NCBI GenBank assembly: GCA_964016885.1
Contig: OZ024743.1
Location: 23,374,001-23,438,000, forward strand
Direction of reading: 5' to 3'
From: Eledone cirrhosa
Taxonomy: Eukaryota
Length of the DNA stretch: 64,000 nt
The notes below the pieces were generated by a model. That model was not told the DNA's origin. It saw nothing but the letters and a program-made list of their open reading frames with translations, and made no database searches. Below, piece by piece: positions 1 to 12,249 of the stretch (positions are counted from its first letter, which is position 1; the number at the start of each line of letters is the position of its first letter). The position numbers were made by a program, and so were the translations under genes.

Positions 1-659
1 TAAATTTAAAAAAAATTAGAATTATATACGTATATATTTTATGAAACTTTAAGAAGTGGAATTATAGCAAATGTTATAGATATTATGATTTAGAGATATC
101 AATATATTAAAACCAAGTGGATGAGATTGTTATGGAAATAACTAGAAATATTATAAGTATAATTATAAGTTATATATAGTTCTGAATGTTGAAATTTGGC
201 GATGTCTACAAGAATTAAATAAATTCGTTCTTAGATTAATAGAGTTTTTACATTTAAGCATGAAAAAAATTTCATCAATACACAATAGCAGAATCTAGAT
301 AAAGCTGTGTTTCAGTACGCGGGTGCTATTGAAACTGTTTCCCAAGCCAAATTGATACCCTAGCCAGTTCACAAACAGCAACGCCAACTGAAATATCTAT
401 CTCCCACCCATACAAGAACTACTGGTGGGAAATGTTTCGGGCATATGCGTGTCACTGGATGAAGTGAATAACTTGTGTGACCGGCGGCATATCAACGGAT
501 ATTTACATCTCGTGTGGAGAACATTTGATGAGAACATGTAAGGCAGATGTTATACAAATGAGAACATGTAAGGCAGATGTTATACAAATGCCATACGTCT
601 TTGAAATACGTATAATGAAATAAATAGGGATGGACAAATGAAACCGTCTTTCTTGTTTA

Positions 660-859
660 TTATCGGTAGAGCGTTAGACACTATGCTTTGCAGCATAGAG
701 TTGTGGCTCTTTACATTCTGAGTTCAAATCCCGCAGAGGTTAACGTTGCCTTTCATCCTTACGGCGTCGATAAAATAAAGTACCAGTCACGCACTGGGGT
801 CGATTTAATCGACTCCCCCCTCCCCTAAAATTGCTGGCCTTGTGCCTATATAAGAAACC

Positions 860-862
<3 letters not shown>
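660..862 (+). mobile_element. tRNA-derived SINE (octopus-type, Nin-like central domain), 5' decayed
   Basis: B-box-like GAGTTCAAATCC, then GCCTTTCATCCTTACGGCGTCGATAAAATAAAGTACCAG and a 3' end GCTGGCCTTGTGCCTA..AGAAAC. Related copies at 10433, 27272 and 56163. Confidence 0.8.
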
Positions 863-896
<34 letters not shown>

Positions 897-1068
897 ACAA
901 TATCGGAGAACGCTTTTTAGCGATACTCCGGCCAAATTCCAACTCACTCAACAAACATTAGGAAATAAGTGATTATATTCCCAATTATGTGTTCGGGGTG
1001 CTAACTAAAAGTATTGCGTGGAAAATTGGCTGTATTATTTCAAATGAGATATATCTAATATATCTCTT

Positions 1069-1195
1069 CCCAGACGGACGTCTCGTTTCATTATAGGATT
1101 CCTACAATTTGGGTGAAATTATACCAATTTATGTAGGAGCTTGTATACCATCAATAGATATATATTCAAGTGGGCTCCTATAATTCATCAGTGGG
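1069..1195 (-). ncRNA. Type I hammerhead ribozyme with long branched stem II insert
   Basis: Minus strand: CCCA CTGATGA ATTATAGGA..(insert)..TCCTATAAT GAAAC GAGACGTCC GTC TGGG. Stems I and II pair; GUC cleavage triplet. Confidence 0.75.
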
Positions 1196-1775
1196 TGCCC
1201 CAATAATACTAATATTGATAATCTAACCAACATCAGCATTTAGCGATAATCACTTTCTGTGCCTGAGGTATCTGTCAGGTTGCCAGTCCAGCAGTTCTGA
1301 AAGAAGTGCTCGAACTGATTAAAAAAATGAGGAAGTGAATTACCGCCAAAAAAAACAATACATGCGCGTGACAATGAACTCTGAAAGGAATTCAGGCCAC
1401 GTGCTAAGAACTCAATTGGAAATTGAAAAAATATCTATGTGTGTACAACATTTGATGACACACACAGATATTTTCTCGGGCAAAATAACAGAATGAGATA
1501 TAAGGAACAATCAATATTCATATATAAAAAATAAACAAAGAAATGCTAACCTTATACTGGGAATTTCTTTCAAATTTGCTGCGCCAAGAGTAAGTAAATA
1601 AACACAATATCGGAGAAAGCTTTTTAGCGATACTCCGGCCAAATTCCAACTCACTCAACAAACATTAGGAAATAAGTGATTATATTCCCAATTATGTGTT
1701 CGGGGTGCTAACTAAAAGTATTGCGTGGAAAATTGGCTGTATTATTTCAAATGAGATATATCTAATATATCTCTT

Positions 1776-1902
1776 CCCAGACGGACGTCTCGTTTCATTA
1801 TAGGATTCCTACAATTTGGGTGAAATTATACCAATTTATGTAGGAGCTTGTATACCATCAATAGATATATATTCAAGTGGGCTCCTATAATTCATCAGTG
1901 GG
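1776..1902 (-). ncRNA. Type I hammerhead ribozyme, second copy
   Basis: Same sequence as 1069-1195, offset by 707. Confidence 0.75.
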
Positions 1903-2099
1903 TGCCCCAATAATACTAATATTGATAATCTAACCAACATCAGCATTTAGCGATAATCACTTTCTGTGCCTGAGGTATCTGTCAGGTTGCCAGTCCAGCA
2001 GTTCTGAAAGAAGTGCTCGAACTGATTAAAAAATTGAGGAAGTGAATTACCGCCAAAAAAAACAATACATGCGCGTGACAATGAACTCTGAAAGGAATT

Positions 2100-2202
<103 letters not shown>

Positions 2203-2442
2203 ATAGAAACAGCACAGGAATATAATTTTAAAGAATATTTTTTCTTCTTCTTTAATCCGTCAAAGTGACATTATTGAGAAAAGGAGAACATTTTGTTAAA
2301 AAAAGGAATTTTATAAAATATATAAAATATTACTGGTTTCGATGTAATACATCCTAACAAATATTAAAATAATTAAAATTTTTAAAAGAATTAAAAATGA
2401 AGTGTTGAAGAAGGTCTGTTCATGTTTCGCGAGTATATATGA

Positions 2443-2514
<72 letters not shown>

Positions 2515-2828
2515 AGGATGAATATAAAATGAAAGTGCTTTTTTTAAAAAGGAATTTATTAGGTATTGACATATGTTTCTGTAACAGACTGAATACCTAT
2601 GTATCGCTGCTTGCGTAATCATATAATGTTAGCAAGTATTCGATAGCAAATGTATAATCAGTTGTCACTTCTTCAGAGATTTTGGATAAATTGGATAAAA
2701 TCAGAAAAATTGAAGTATTTATATTAGTAAAAGAGGAAGAAACAGAGGGGATAGTATATGACAGATGGTAAATTAATGTACTGCTAAACAAGTATATAAT
2801 GGGTTTCTAATGAGAATACCATATATAT

Positions 2829-3530
2829 CATCATCATCATCATCATCATCACCATTTTACGTCCATTCTTCCATGCTAGCATGGGTTAGACGGGTTGTCC
2901 TGCTGTGGGCAACGTTAGGTCGGCTGACCTTGTCCTACTCATACGGGAACTGATTCTGGCTTGCTTTCTACAGCTGGATGCCCTTCCTAACACCAACCTC
3001 ATTTACAGTGAGTGCTGGGTGCTTTTATTCCATGGCGCCTACACGACCACTTTGCAGTGTGGATTCGTGCTTTTTTGTCGTAACACCTCCACGACCACTT
3101 TGCAGTGGGAGGGGATAGGGGCATATTGTCTATATGCTTCAGCTTCAGCTTCGGCTTGTTCCCATATGAAGTCGGGTCTTCTGTATTACTGCATGACGCC
3201 AGCGGTCACGGTTCTGTGTCATCGCCGTTGAGAGGTGCAATTGGGCAAGGTCCGCTTTTTTCACCTCATCCCAGGTCTTCTTGGGTCTCCCCACTCCATG
3301 GCTTCCATCAACTTTTAGTGCTCTGCACCTCTTTATGCAGCTGTCATTCTTCATATGCATCACGTGTCCATATGCATTCTTCATATGCATCACGTGTCCA
3401 TACCAACGCATCCTCCACACAGCATTTGATTCCTCTTATGCTCAGTCTCTCTCTCAAGTCTGTCCATCTCTTGTTTGTGTCTCCTTACCTTCTAACACCC
3501 GTTATCAGTAACCACACAGCCCCTCTCAAT
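2829..3530 (-). mobile_element. RTE-clade LINE 3' fragment with (GAT)n tail
   Basis: ORF 3145-3420 RMRWYGHV..GRPKKTW..DRWR matches the RTE C-terminus. 3' UTR contains GTTAGGAAGGGCATCCAGCTGTAG; (CAT)n at 2829-2851. Confidence 0.8.
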
Positions 3531-3552
3531 CTATATTTTATATATATATATA

Positions 3553-3693
<141 letters not shown>

Positions 3694-3944
3694 CAGCTGT
3701 CAGGTCCTGACTCTTTCTAATATATATATATATATATATATATTAGAAAGAGTCAGGGCCTGACAGCAGAGCTCTTGCCGTTTCAGCTGCTAATTCCAGA
3801 CAGTCTTGAACTAGCTATTGAAACGGTATGAGCTGTCATCGGGCCTCGATGCATTCTAATATAGTCACACTCTACTCTACTAAGTATCGAGTATCCTGTT
3901 AAACTGTTAAATAATAGTCTAACTAGTTTAATACTGGTTTAATC

Positions 3945-4030
<86 letters not shown>

Positions 4031-4311
4031 TTGGTGCTCTGAAATAGCGATATATATGTATATGACTGTATATATAGTGTATTTTGCAATACACTGTATG
4101 CTTAATTAAAAGCAATTTGAAGACCTAACGCTATTGTTTTAAAGTATTGACCATGTCACTTACTTCTTTTTTCAGCAAATAAAGGGGGATAAGCTGACAG
4201 CACCAATTCTAATTTTCAATTTTTGCTGGACCGGCAACCGCTCTGTATAATCAGTTCGTGATTATTACTGGAATTCTATAAGAATCCAACATTCGTAATT
4301 TTCAGCAGGCA

Positions 4312-4357
4312 AAGCTCTGAGGAGTACCAACAGTACGAAACAGAGATCTGTCAGCTT
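4312..4357 (+). ncRNA. Type I hammerhead ribozyme (canonical) in an inverted pseudo-LTR
   Basis: AAGCT CTGAGGA GTAC caaca GTAC GAAA CAG agat CTG TC AGCTT. All three stems pair; GUC site after 4352. 4068-4200 is an inverted copy of 4347-4480. Confidence 0.85.
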
Positions 4358-4727
4358 ATATCCCTTTGTTTGCTGAAAAAAGAAGTAAGTGACATAGTCA
4401 CTACTTCAAAACAATAGCGTAAGGTCTTCAAAATGCTTTTAATTAAGCATACAATGTATTGCAAAATACACTATATATACATTTATATATATATACGTGT
4501 ATGTGTGTGTGTGTGTGTATGTTCTTCTGGTTTTAAATTTTTATAAAATTTTACCAATAGAGAAAGAGCTGGTTTCTAACATAAAAGACTCCTTGATTGG
4601 AATTTAAACATCAACTAGGTAGATAGGTATGCATGTCTGCATGTATGTGTGTGAGGGTATGGATGTGATTGTATGTATGGATGTGTATGTTATGAGTTAC
4701 ATGTGTGCATGTGTATATGCTTTTTAT

Positions 4728-5200
4728 CTATACATGTGTATATGCAGTTAATAATGCATAATTCTTGGAATGTTTTACATAATTTACAGTTCCATTAATG
4801 GAATGTACTTGTAATTTCCTAACTAGTCGTGTTCTTTCTGGTTCTGTGACGCCGAGCTTCCCAAGATTTGTTCTGAGGTAGTGACTCCCACATCCCAGTG
4901 CCCAAATAATCACAGGTATAAATCTGAAGGTATAGTCAGGGTGGAGTATCTGCAGATTCCTCATTAGTTTTGCATAGATATTCTCCTTTTCGCTAATCTT
5001 TAATATTATATTGGCATCTGCTGGGCAACTAACTTCCACTACTGTGCATGCCTTCTTTTCCCTGTCCCATAGCATTATATCTGGTCTGTTATGTTTGCAT
5101 TTTATTGAGGGTTTTACAGTTTTTACAGAGTAGATTTGCAATCATAGGGTTGTGAATTCGATTCCTTTATTTCACATTTTTCATGTTCACTCAACTGTAG
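4728..5200 (-). pseudogene. 3' fragment of a non-LTR retrotransposon with restriction-like (REL) endonuclease (R4/NeSL group)
   Basis: HNRPDIMLWDRE..VVEVSCP..EKENIY..IPVII(G)ALG motifs. Confidence 0.75.
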
Positions 5201-5413
5201 AAATGTGTTGTGAAATTCCTGGTCCCAAGCTGTATCGCCCTTTGCCATTCCTTTGGACAACATTTGTGGTATGTATGATTGTGTATAGAAGATTATATTA
5301 ATAAAAGGAATTCCAACTTTGTCTGATTTACTCGTTTTATTTACAATCCTTTAAAATTTATAATGGTATTAGAATGAAATAGTATGGTAGAATATTAAAT
5401 GTTAAGTGTTAAT

Positions 5414-5452
5414 TGAACAAGTACTTTCATGCTTTCGCAATCTTCAGGTTCA
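5414..5452 (-). ncRNA. Minimal type I HHR downstream of the PLE ORF
   Basis: TGAAC CTGAAGA TTGC GAAA GCAT GAAA GTAC TT GTTCA. Stem III is the palindrome AAGTACTT; one mismatch at the base of stem II. Confidence 0.65.
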
Positions 5453-5814
5453 TATTGTGTGGTGACAGTCAAGTTTGCAATTTTCAACTGTAATGAGATG
5501 GGTAAATTGTGTGCGTTATATACACTGAAAAGTGGCTCCAGAATGCTAAATCTTGCAAACTGTATTTCGACCAATCGGTGTGTAGTTTCACTGGATTACT
5601 AAAGCTGATTGGTTTAGGCGTCACGGCTGGTTGAGAATGTCTAACGACTACTAATTGACTCTATCCAAAGCATCAATTGTTTTGCTATTTTTAGAAATGA
5701 TGAAAATAGCATTTTCTAGTAATCATTACCATCAACATCACTTTTATTATTATTATTGTTGTTGTCGTTGTTAGTGGTCGTAGTCATAGTCATAGTAGGA
5801 TTAATACCCCATTA

Positions 5815-6680
5815 TTATTGTTCATTTAGCTTGGGTTTGAATTTATCAATAAAATTCTTTTCTTTGATTTTTCTCTTGATTTCACTTGGGCTGTGTAATT
5901 TGTAGAATGGGAATATTATAAATATTCCCTGACCACATGTTGCTAGATGGATACTTAGGGGTATCTGACGGACATTTGGGTCTCTGATTTGCTGTCGGTG
6001 TACCCGTGCACGTTCCGATAGTGCATTTCCAGTTTGACCGATATATAGTTCTTCACAATTCGGGCATTTAATGCAGTAAATTAGATTTCTGCTTTTGCAG
6101 TTCATATTTGCATTTGAGAATATTTTTCCAGTTTTTGTTTTCATATATTGACCGGCGTGTATGGATTGACATGTGCCACATCGACTATCATTGCATTTAG
6201 ATACAGTGAATGATTGGTCTTTGTTGTTAAGGTCAAACTTTGCTTTTGTTAGTAATTGCTTCAAATTTTTCGGCTGTCTTTTACTAAGAGTCAAATATCG
6301 ATCTGTGATTAAGCCTTTTAATTCATTACTTTGAGCAATGATCGGTAGGTTTGCTTTGGCAGTGTTGAAGATATTCTGGTGACATGGGTTGTGTGTCATT
6401 ATAAATAGTATGACCAGTTCTTGGTTTCTTCTTCCTTGGGTTGTCCTAAGTTGTTGTATAGGTATTTTTATAGCCCGCTGTATGCCATTTTCTATAAGTA
6501 GAGATGGGTATTTTTGTTTGAGCAAATTATCTCTTAGTTCTGTTAGGCGTTTGTACCTGGTATTCATATCTTCTACAATGGTACAAATTCTTCTGGCTAG
6601 GCAGTATGGGATGTTGCGTTTTGTATGAGGTGGATGGCACGACCTAAAATTCAGATGTTGATGGGTGTCTGTGTGTTTAT
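5815..6680 (-). pseudogene. Penelope-like element 3' part: RT thumb, Cys linker and GIY-YIG endonuclease (Neptune-like)
   Basis: KCNDSRCGTC linker; NLIYCIKCPNCEELYIGQTG..ERARVH. Upstream SCHPPHTKRNIPY thumb motif; 5' truncated. Confidence 0.85.
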
Positions 6681-7314
6681 AAACTGTGTTGATTAGTTAC
6701 TCACTACTTATAGCAGACGTGTTAAACCCCTTTAATTCTGTATCAGCTCTGGTGCTACTCAATTTCTACAAGTTTTTTCTATTCTCAACTTATTAACCTC
6801 CAATTGTAAGATAGCATTGTGATTTTTTTATTCATTTCTCACTATCTAATTTTATATATTTTTTTATTTATTTCTATTATCTTTTATTATCTCCTACTCT
6901 CATTCGGTTTACCTATTCTATAACCTCCCTCCTCCACTTCATACTCTATCCTTAGAATCTGCTGTATACATATTACTTTCAAAGCTTGGCCGCTCCTTTC
7001 ACTCCCCTATTGTTCTACAGGCAAGTTCAGCCACCCCTACCTCCCACCAAATGCCATGATAGACTTATTTGTGTTTACAACAAATGTTAACCAATCCTCT
7101 TGACAACTACAATCTTCCCATATAAGGAAGTACCCCCTTGAAAAGTTCGGCTATGTATTCACCAGGCTAAAAATTCTAATTTAGTACAGAAATAGCCGTC
7201 GAAACCGGTTGAGCTCTGCCGTCGGGGTCTTACATTTTCCTATTTCCCACTCTACTACCCTGAGTATTGAGTACTCTGGTGCGTTATGGTCCATCTGGTT
7301 CCTTACCACAATTC

Positions 7315-7369
<55 letters not shown>

Positions 7370-7500
7370 GATAAATCTACCAAGAGTTTACGGTAGTGTC
7401 CAATCCGTATGAAGAACTCAATGTATTCCGGATATCATGGAAAGAAGAGATGTAATGAAAATCCAATTTCGGTGAAAGATAAACGGTATACAGAGTCAAG

Positions 7501-7805
7501 ATAAAATATTAAACAAATAATGAACAAACAATTCCTTATATTAAACAAAAAAAGTTCACTATTTAACGATCGTTTCTAGGGCATATATGTGCTATAATTG
7601 GTATGCATATTTAACAGATCTATGTACAAAATTATACAAAATTATACAAATTATCAAGTGATAATTTGTATAATTTTGTATAATTTTGTACATAGATCTG
7701 TTAAATATGCATACCAATTATAGCACATATATGCCCTAGAAACGATCGTTAAATAGTGAACTTTTTTTGTTTAATATAAGGAATTGTTTGTTCATTATTT
7801 GTTTA

Positions 7806-7814
<9 letters not shown>
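7501..7814. repeat. Perfect 314-bp palindrome (156-bp arms, 2-nt centre)
   Basis: 7501-7656 is the reverse complement of 7659-7814. The arms contain GAAACGATCGTT, the 3' half of an HHR. Confidence 0.9.
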
Positions 7815-7839
<25 letters not shown>

Positions 7840-7843
<4 letters not shown>

Positions 7844-7955
7844 AGGCGTGTGGCTGAGTGGTTAGAGAATTGGATTCACCATCTTGAGGTTGTGAGTTCG
7901 ATTACTGGCGATGCGTTATGTCCTTGAGCAAGACACTTTATTTCACGTTGCTCCT
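7840..7955 (+). mobile_element. tRNA-derived SINE 5' part (CORE-like)
   Basis: A box TGGCTGAGTGG, B box GAGTTCGATT, then TGTCCTTGAGCAAGACACTT. Confidence 0.7.
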
Positions 7956-8058
7956 TCTACCCGGAGTTGCGACCGATAGATAGTACTAGCAACTGGAAAG
8001 ACCAACGGAAAAATTGTTTCCTCGGTCCGATTTGACGAAAGTCGATCGATACTTACTT

Positions 8059-8091
<33 letters not shown>

Positions 8092-8127
8092 ATAAATATA
8101 TATGTATATACATATATATATATATAC

Positions 8128-10098
8128 ATGAAATATCAGTAGGCTGGACTGGTGTAAATCCTTGAAAGGTTTATTATACTATGATCATTTCAATGACCGG
8201 GTTCCATATGAATCCGGTGATATCATCAGGTATTGAAATATAACAAAGGAATATGTAAAAAGCCATGGGTCCGAAAAACCATGGGTCCGAGAAACCAGAG
8301 ACAGAGAGGGCGGCTGACCAACTAGCCTCACAGCCAGCCGCCCTCAAAGTGTTGGCAACCGAAAACTACCAGTGAATATCTGGTAAGGGGGCGCAGTCCT
8401 ATCATGTACTACCACCACTCCGTCAAAGAAGAAGGGGAAGAAAGAAAGGGAGTAAGAAGTGTAGTGTAAGGGTCAAACTACATTCATGTTAGAAAATGCT
8501 GCGAAAAAAATGCTACCCAAAGAATCTATAGTGGGTGTCTGTATGGTCTAATGTGTGAACCGAAGATTGGAACGCTAAACTTATGTTGCGAGTTATAGGA
8601 TGAAATAAATTAAATTAAAAATATTATATTGCAAAATGGTAAATTGAAAAATAGAGGTGGCGAGATTTATTTATTTAACGAACTTACGGAGAAAGTCTTA
8701 TATGAAAAAAAATTATTCTTTGTTTTATTTAACTCGATAAGATATTAGGATGGGATATAGAGTAAAGATTTCGATTGGGAGTCCCAGCCGGCACACCCAT
8801 CACCATGAGTCAGCCAGTCTCGAGTGGTATCGTCCAGCGAAAGAAATGGAAATTAATTTTTCAGAGTACTCTAGGAACGTAGCTAACTTTGCCTCCGGGA
8901 TCGCTAGCGGGGAACCCCACAATTTCAACAGGCCATCGTCTATACCACGAATACTGTTAAATCACACATTAGGGGTTTATTTACGTGTCAATAGAGGCAT
9001 GATACATCTAATAGTTGTGCCCAAACCTGGAGTTTGTAGGTACAGGTATAATTAGGCGGCCAAAACAGGCAGCGTGGTGGGACTGGGGCAGAGCAAGCCA
9101 CTCCGAGTAATTTCATTTACCGAAAAAGGAGAAATTTATTTTTCCGAGCACTCAAGGAAGGCTGAACTTTCCGAGTGCCGAGCGCGCAGCCGGGAAAAAG
9201 CCACCACACAAGTCAAACAATGAAAAGTGCAAATAGATCAAAATTATTTTAATTTATTTTAAAGTCCCAGTTCGTCCGGGTTATAGGTTGTGTGGTTCTT
9301 AGGTGGGTAGGGGGCTATGAAGGTGCATAATGACCTGAGTAAGGAAAAGTTACAAAAAAATACCAATACATTGATAAAAATACATTAATAAAATAATAGA
9401 AAATAATAAAGTAATAAAATATACATTAATGAGATAATAAAAAAATTAATAAAGGTAAATAAGAGTCAATATAGATCAAGTTGTAGTAAGATAATATAAG
9501 TTGTACATATAGATACAGATATAGAGGATAGAGGAGATGGAATGGTAACAGATTGTCCCTAGTGTAAAGTTCGGGTTCCGAATTCAGTGCGAGTCACAAA
9601 AAGTCCTGAGGTATAGAGTAGAGAATACAGTCAATACGATACAAGTTTTAGTATAATATGTAGAGTTTTGTCGGAATCGGAATCATCCCAACAAGGAAGT
9701 GGTATCAGGTGGCGGTAGATAAGGCGCAGAGCAGCCAAAATCCTAATGGCAAGTAGATCAATTAATCCCATGCTGGTAATAGTTGTACACTGAAGTCAGT
9801 GCCCGGATCCATGGCTTTTTACATATTCCTTTGTTATATTCCAATACCTGATGATATCACCGGATTCATATGAAACCCGGTCATTGAAATGAACATAGTA
9901 TAATAAACCTTTCAAGGATTTACACCAGTCCAGCCTACTGTTATTTCATTTATAATTAACTCCGTATTCGCACCACCAACTACACAAATGAAGATGGGTG
10001 AACTGCACTGCGTTGAGTACTCTTCACAATATTACACCAGGATTGACCATACGGAATGACCAGTTCTATCCAGTGGTGAACCAACAAACCTTAAGAAA
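8128..10098 (-). mobile_element. Non-autonomous HHR-flanked element, copy A (one end inverted)
   Basis: Near-identical to 16181-17899. HHRs at 8176-8233 (-) and 9844-9901 (+). No credible ORF; flanked by (AT)n. Confidence 0.75.
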
Positions 10099-10130
10099 TA
10101 TATATATATAAATATATATATGTATAAATA

Positions 10131-10168
<38 letters not shown>

Positions 10169-10174
<6 letters not shown>

Positions 10175-10814
10175 AAGATGCCTCACGCCTCCTAGCGGAT
10201 AATGGACCAGGTCTAGTTGTCTCCCCCTGGTGGAGAACACGAGAGGTAAACAGACAGCCACGGGAAAGCAGATGGTATACACGCCACAGAAAACAGCCTC
10301 TGTACGACGAAACGATAAACAGCCTAGGGAATAGCAAACAGCAAACCCCACAATACCTTTGTAATTGTAATACGCTCCCATCACAACAACTGGATCACGT
10401 ATATATTTGGTATGTTTCATTTGTAATATAATTGTTTCTACTTTAGGCACAAGGCCAGCAATTACCCAGTGCATTACTGGTACTTTATTTTATCAACTCC
10501 GTAAGGATGAAAGGCAAAGTCAACCTCGGCCGGATTTGAACTCAGATCGTAAAGGGACGTAACTATGCTGGAAAGCATGGCGTCCGACTCTCTACCGATA
10601 CTGCCAATCCACCAATAAACACATATAAACTAAATAAACATCACCATTATTTACATTGTTAAATATAACTCTCGTTGTCGTTATTGTCTTGTTTACGCAC
10701 ACACCCACTCACTTTGTTATAATTCTCACTTACAAAAATGGTAAATAGACGAGGGACCTTCCCTCACGTCTATGTCGATAAACAATCCAACTAGGATACA
10801 TTCATTTTACCACA
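10169..10814 (+). repeat. 5' LTR (462 bp plus 184-bp SINE insertion)
   Basis: Matches 15547-16008 except for the insert. Confidence 0.95.
10433..10613 (-). mobile_element. SINE inserted in the 5' LTR, AAT target duplication
   Basis: Absent from the 3' LTR. Same family as 660-862. AAT at 10430-10432 and 10614-10616. Confidence 0.9.
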
Positions 10815-10815
10815 C

Positions 10816-10828
10816 TGGTGACCGACGT
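10816..10828 (+). promoter_or_regulatory. Primer binding site, tRNA-Trp-like
   Basis: TGGTGACCGACGT, 1 nt after the LTR. Resembles TGGTGACCCCGACGT (complement of the tRNA-Trp 3' end) with 2 nt missing. Confidence 0.7.
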
Positions 10829-11473
10829 AAGAATTTTACGCAGCCTTTTTATTCAGTTGAATTTGTTATTACCACGTTATTACCACGTTGCCAACCCTTT
10901 CGCAACTTACGAAAATACAAAAAAAAGACAGAGAAATAATAAAGTGTTTATACCGTATTGACAAGGTATACAAACCAGCCAAAAATGTTTCCAAGATGGC
11001 GTTGCTTTCCTTCCCCGTTTTGTAATTTTCCGCCAGGACAGGGACATTTTGAATTGCGTGTGTGTTCCATATTTGATCAAGGGAAAAAAACTTTTTTGTG
11101 AACATTACTGCCCCGCAGGGGATATACATGCCTTACTTTTTTTCTAAGGGATTTTTAGCCACAGGCTACCTATTGTTGATATCCAACGTGGATATATTCT
11201 AAAACAAACATTTTTTTTTTCTCTTTTTCACGGGTTATTTGATTTGGCTTGCCCGTTGAAGCAACACAAGGGGACAGACGTTGAAGGAAAATTTTTCTTT
11301 TTTTAAATATATATATGTATTTTATGTATTTTTCCTATTTCCTAATGTTTTGAATGTCTGTTTCTTTTTGACCTTTCATTTTTTTTCCATTTTGGGTGTT
11401 TGCTTTTCCCTGTACGAGGGAACATTAATTGCTGTTTATATATATATATTTTTTTAATTTTAAACGTTTCACA

Positions 11474-12249
11474 ATGAATGCGCCACATTTGCCCGCCTTT
11501 ACCGGAAACCCTAAGCTGTGGTTTGCCCAGCTACAGGCGTATTTTACGGTCTATAAGACCGAGTCTGACCAGCGCCTCGCTGTCTTGATTAGCGGACTTC
11601 CCCCTAATTTAGCAGAATCGGTCCAAGACCTAATTACAGACCACCCCTCTGACTTAACGTATGAGTCTTTAAAAGGCGAGATCTTGAGAAGGAACTGTAA
11701 GTCGGTAGAGAGTCGTTTTCGGTCATTGATCGAGGACGAACGACTAGGTGACAGGACCCCTACCGCTTTTCTCCGGCATTTGCGGGAATTGAGCAATTCC
11801 TAAGATCAGGATAGCCCTTTCCTGAAGCAATTGTTCTTCTCTCGCCTACCTCAAGAGGTACAGGCGATCCTAGCCCATTGCTAGAAGTAAATACCTTCGA
11901 CCACATTGCTGTCTCTGCTGACAAAATTGTAGAAGTGACGAAGAGAGACACTTCGAAGCCAAAGTACGTTGCTTCCTCTTCTCTTCCTCAATCACGCTCA
12001 TCAGCGAGTGATGAGAAATTAGTCACCACAATGGAAGCCATGACTCGTCAAATGGCGGAGTTGTGCAAGGAATTCAGGTCTTTTGGACGGCAGAGGAGCC
12101 GCTCACGAACTTATTCAACTCCTCGCCACCGTAGCCCTTCCAAAACATCAAAACCACCATATTGTTATTACTATGACAAATATGGTGACAAAGCCGCCCG
12201 TTTTAGGCCTCCTTGTGCTTACATGGGAAACGACGACCAGAGTCACTAA
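11474..12249 (+). pseudogene. gag: Gypsy gag (disrupted)
   Basis: LPAFTGNPKLWFAQLQAYF..LGDRTPTAFLRHLREL; RSRSR; degenerate CHCC knuckle CYYYDKYGDKAARFRPPC. Broken near 11800-11880. Confidence 0.85.
12225..12231 (+). promoter_or_regulatory. Putative -1 ribosomal frameshift heptamer G GGA AAC at the gag/pol overlap
   Basis: X XXY YYZ in the gag frame. The -1 frame continues GKRRPESLT..LVDTGA. Confidence 0.7.

Noticed and set aside
2326-2365. HHR-like motif on the minus strand (core TTGTTAG)
   Set aside because: The stems fit, but the core has several non-compensated changes; at best a fossil.
7840-7912. tRNA gene
   Set aside because: A and B boxes are present, but there is no acceptor stem and it continues into SINE body sequence.
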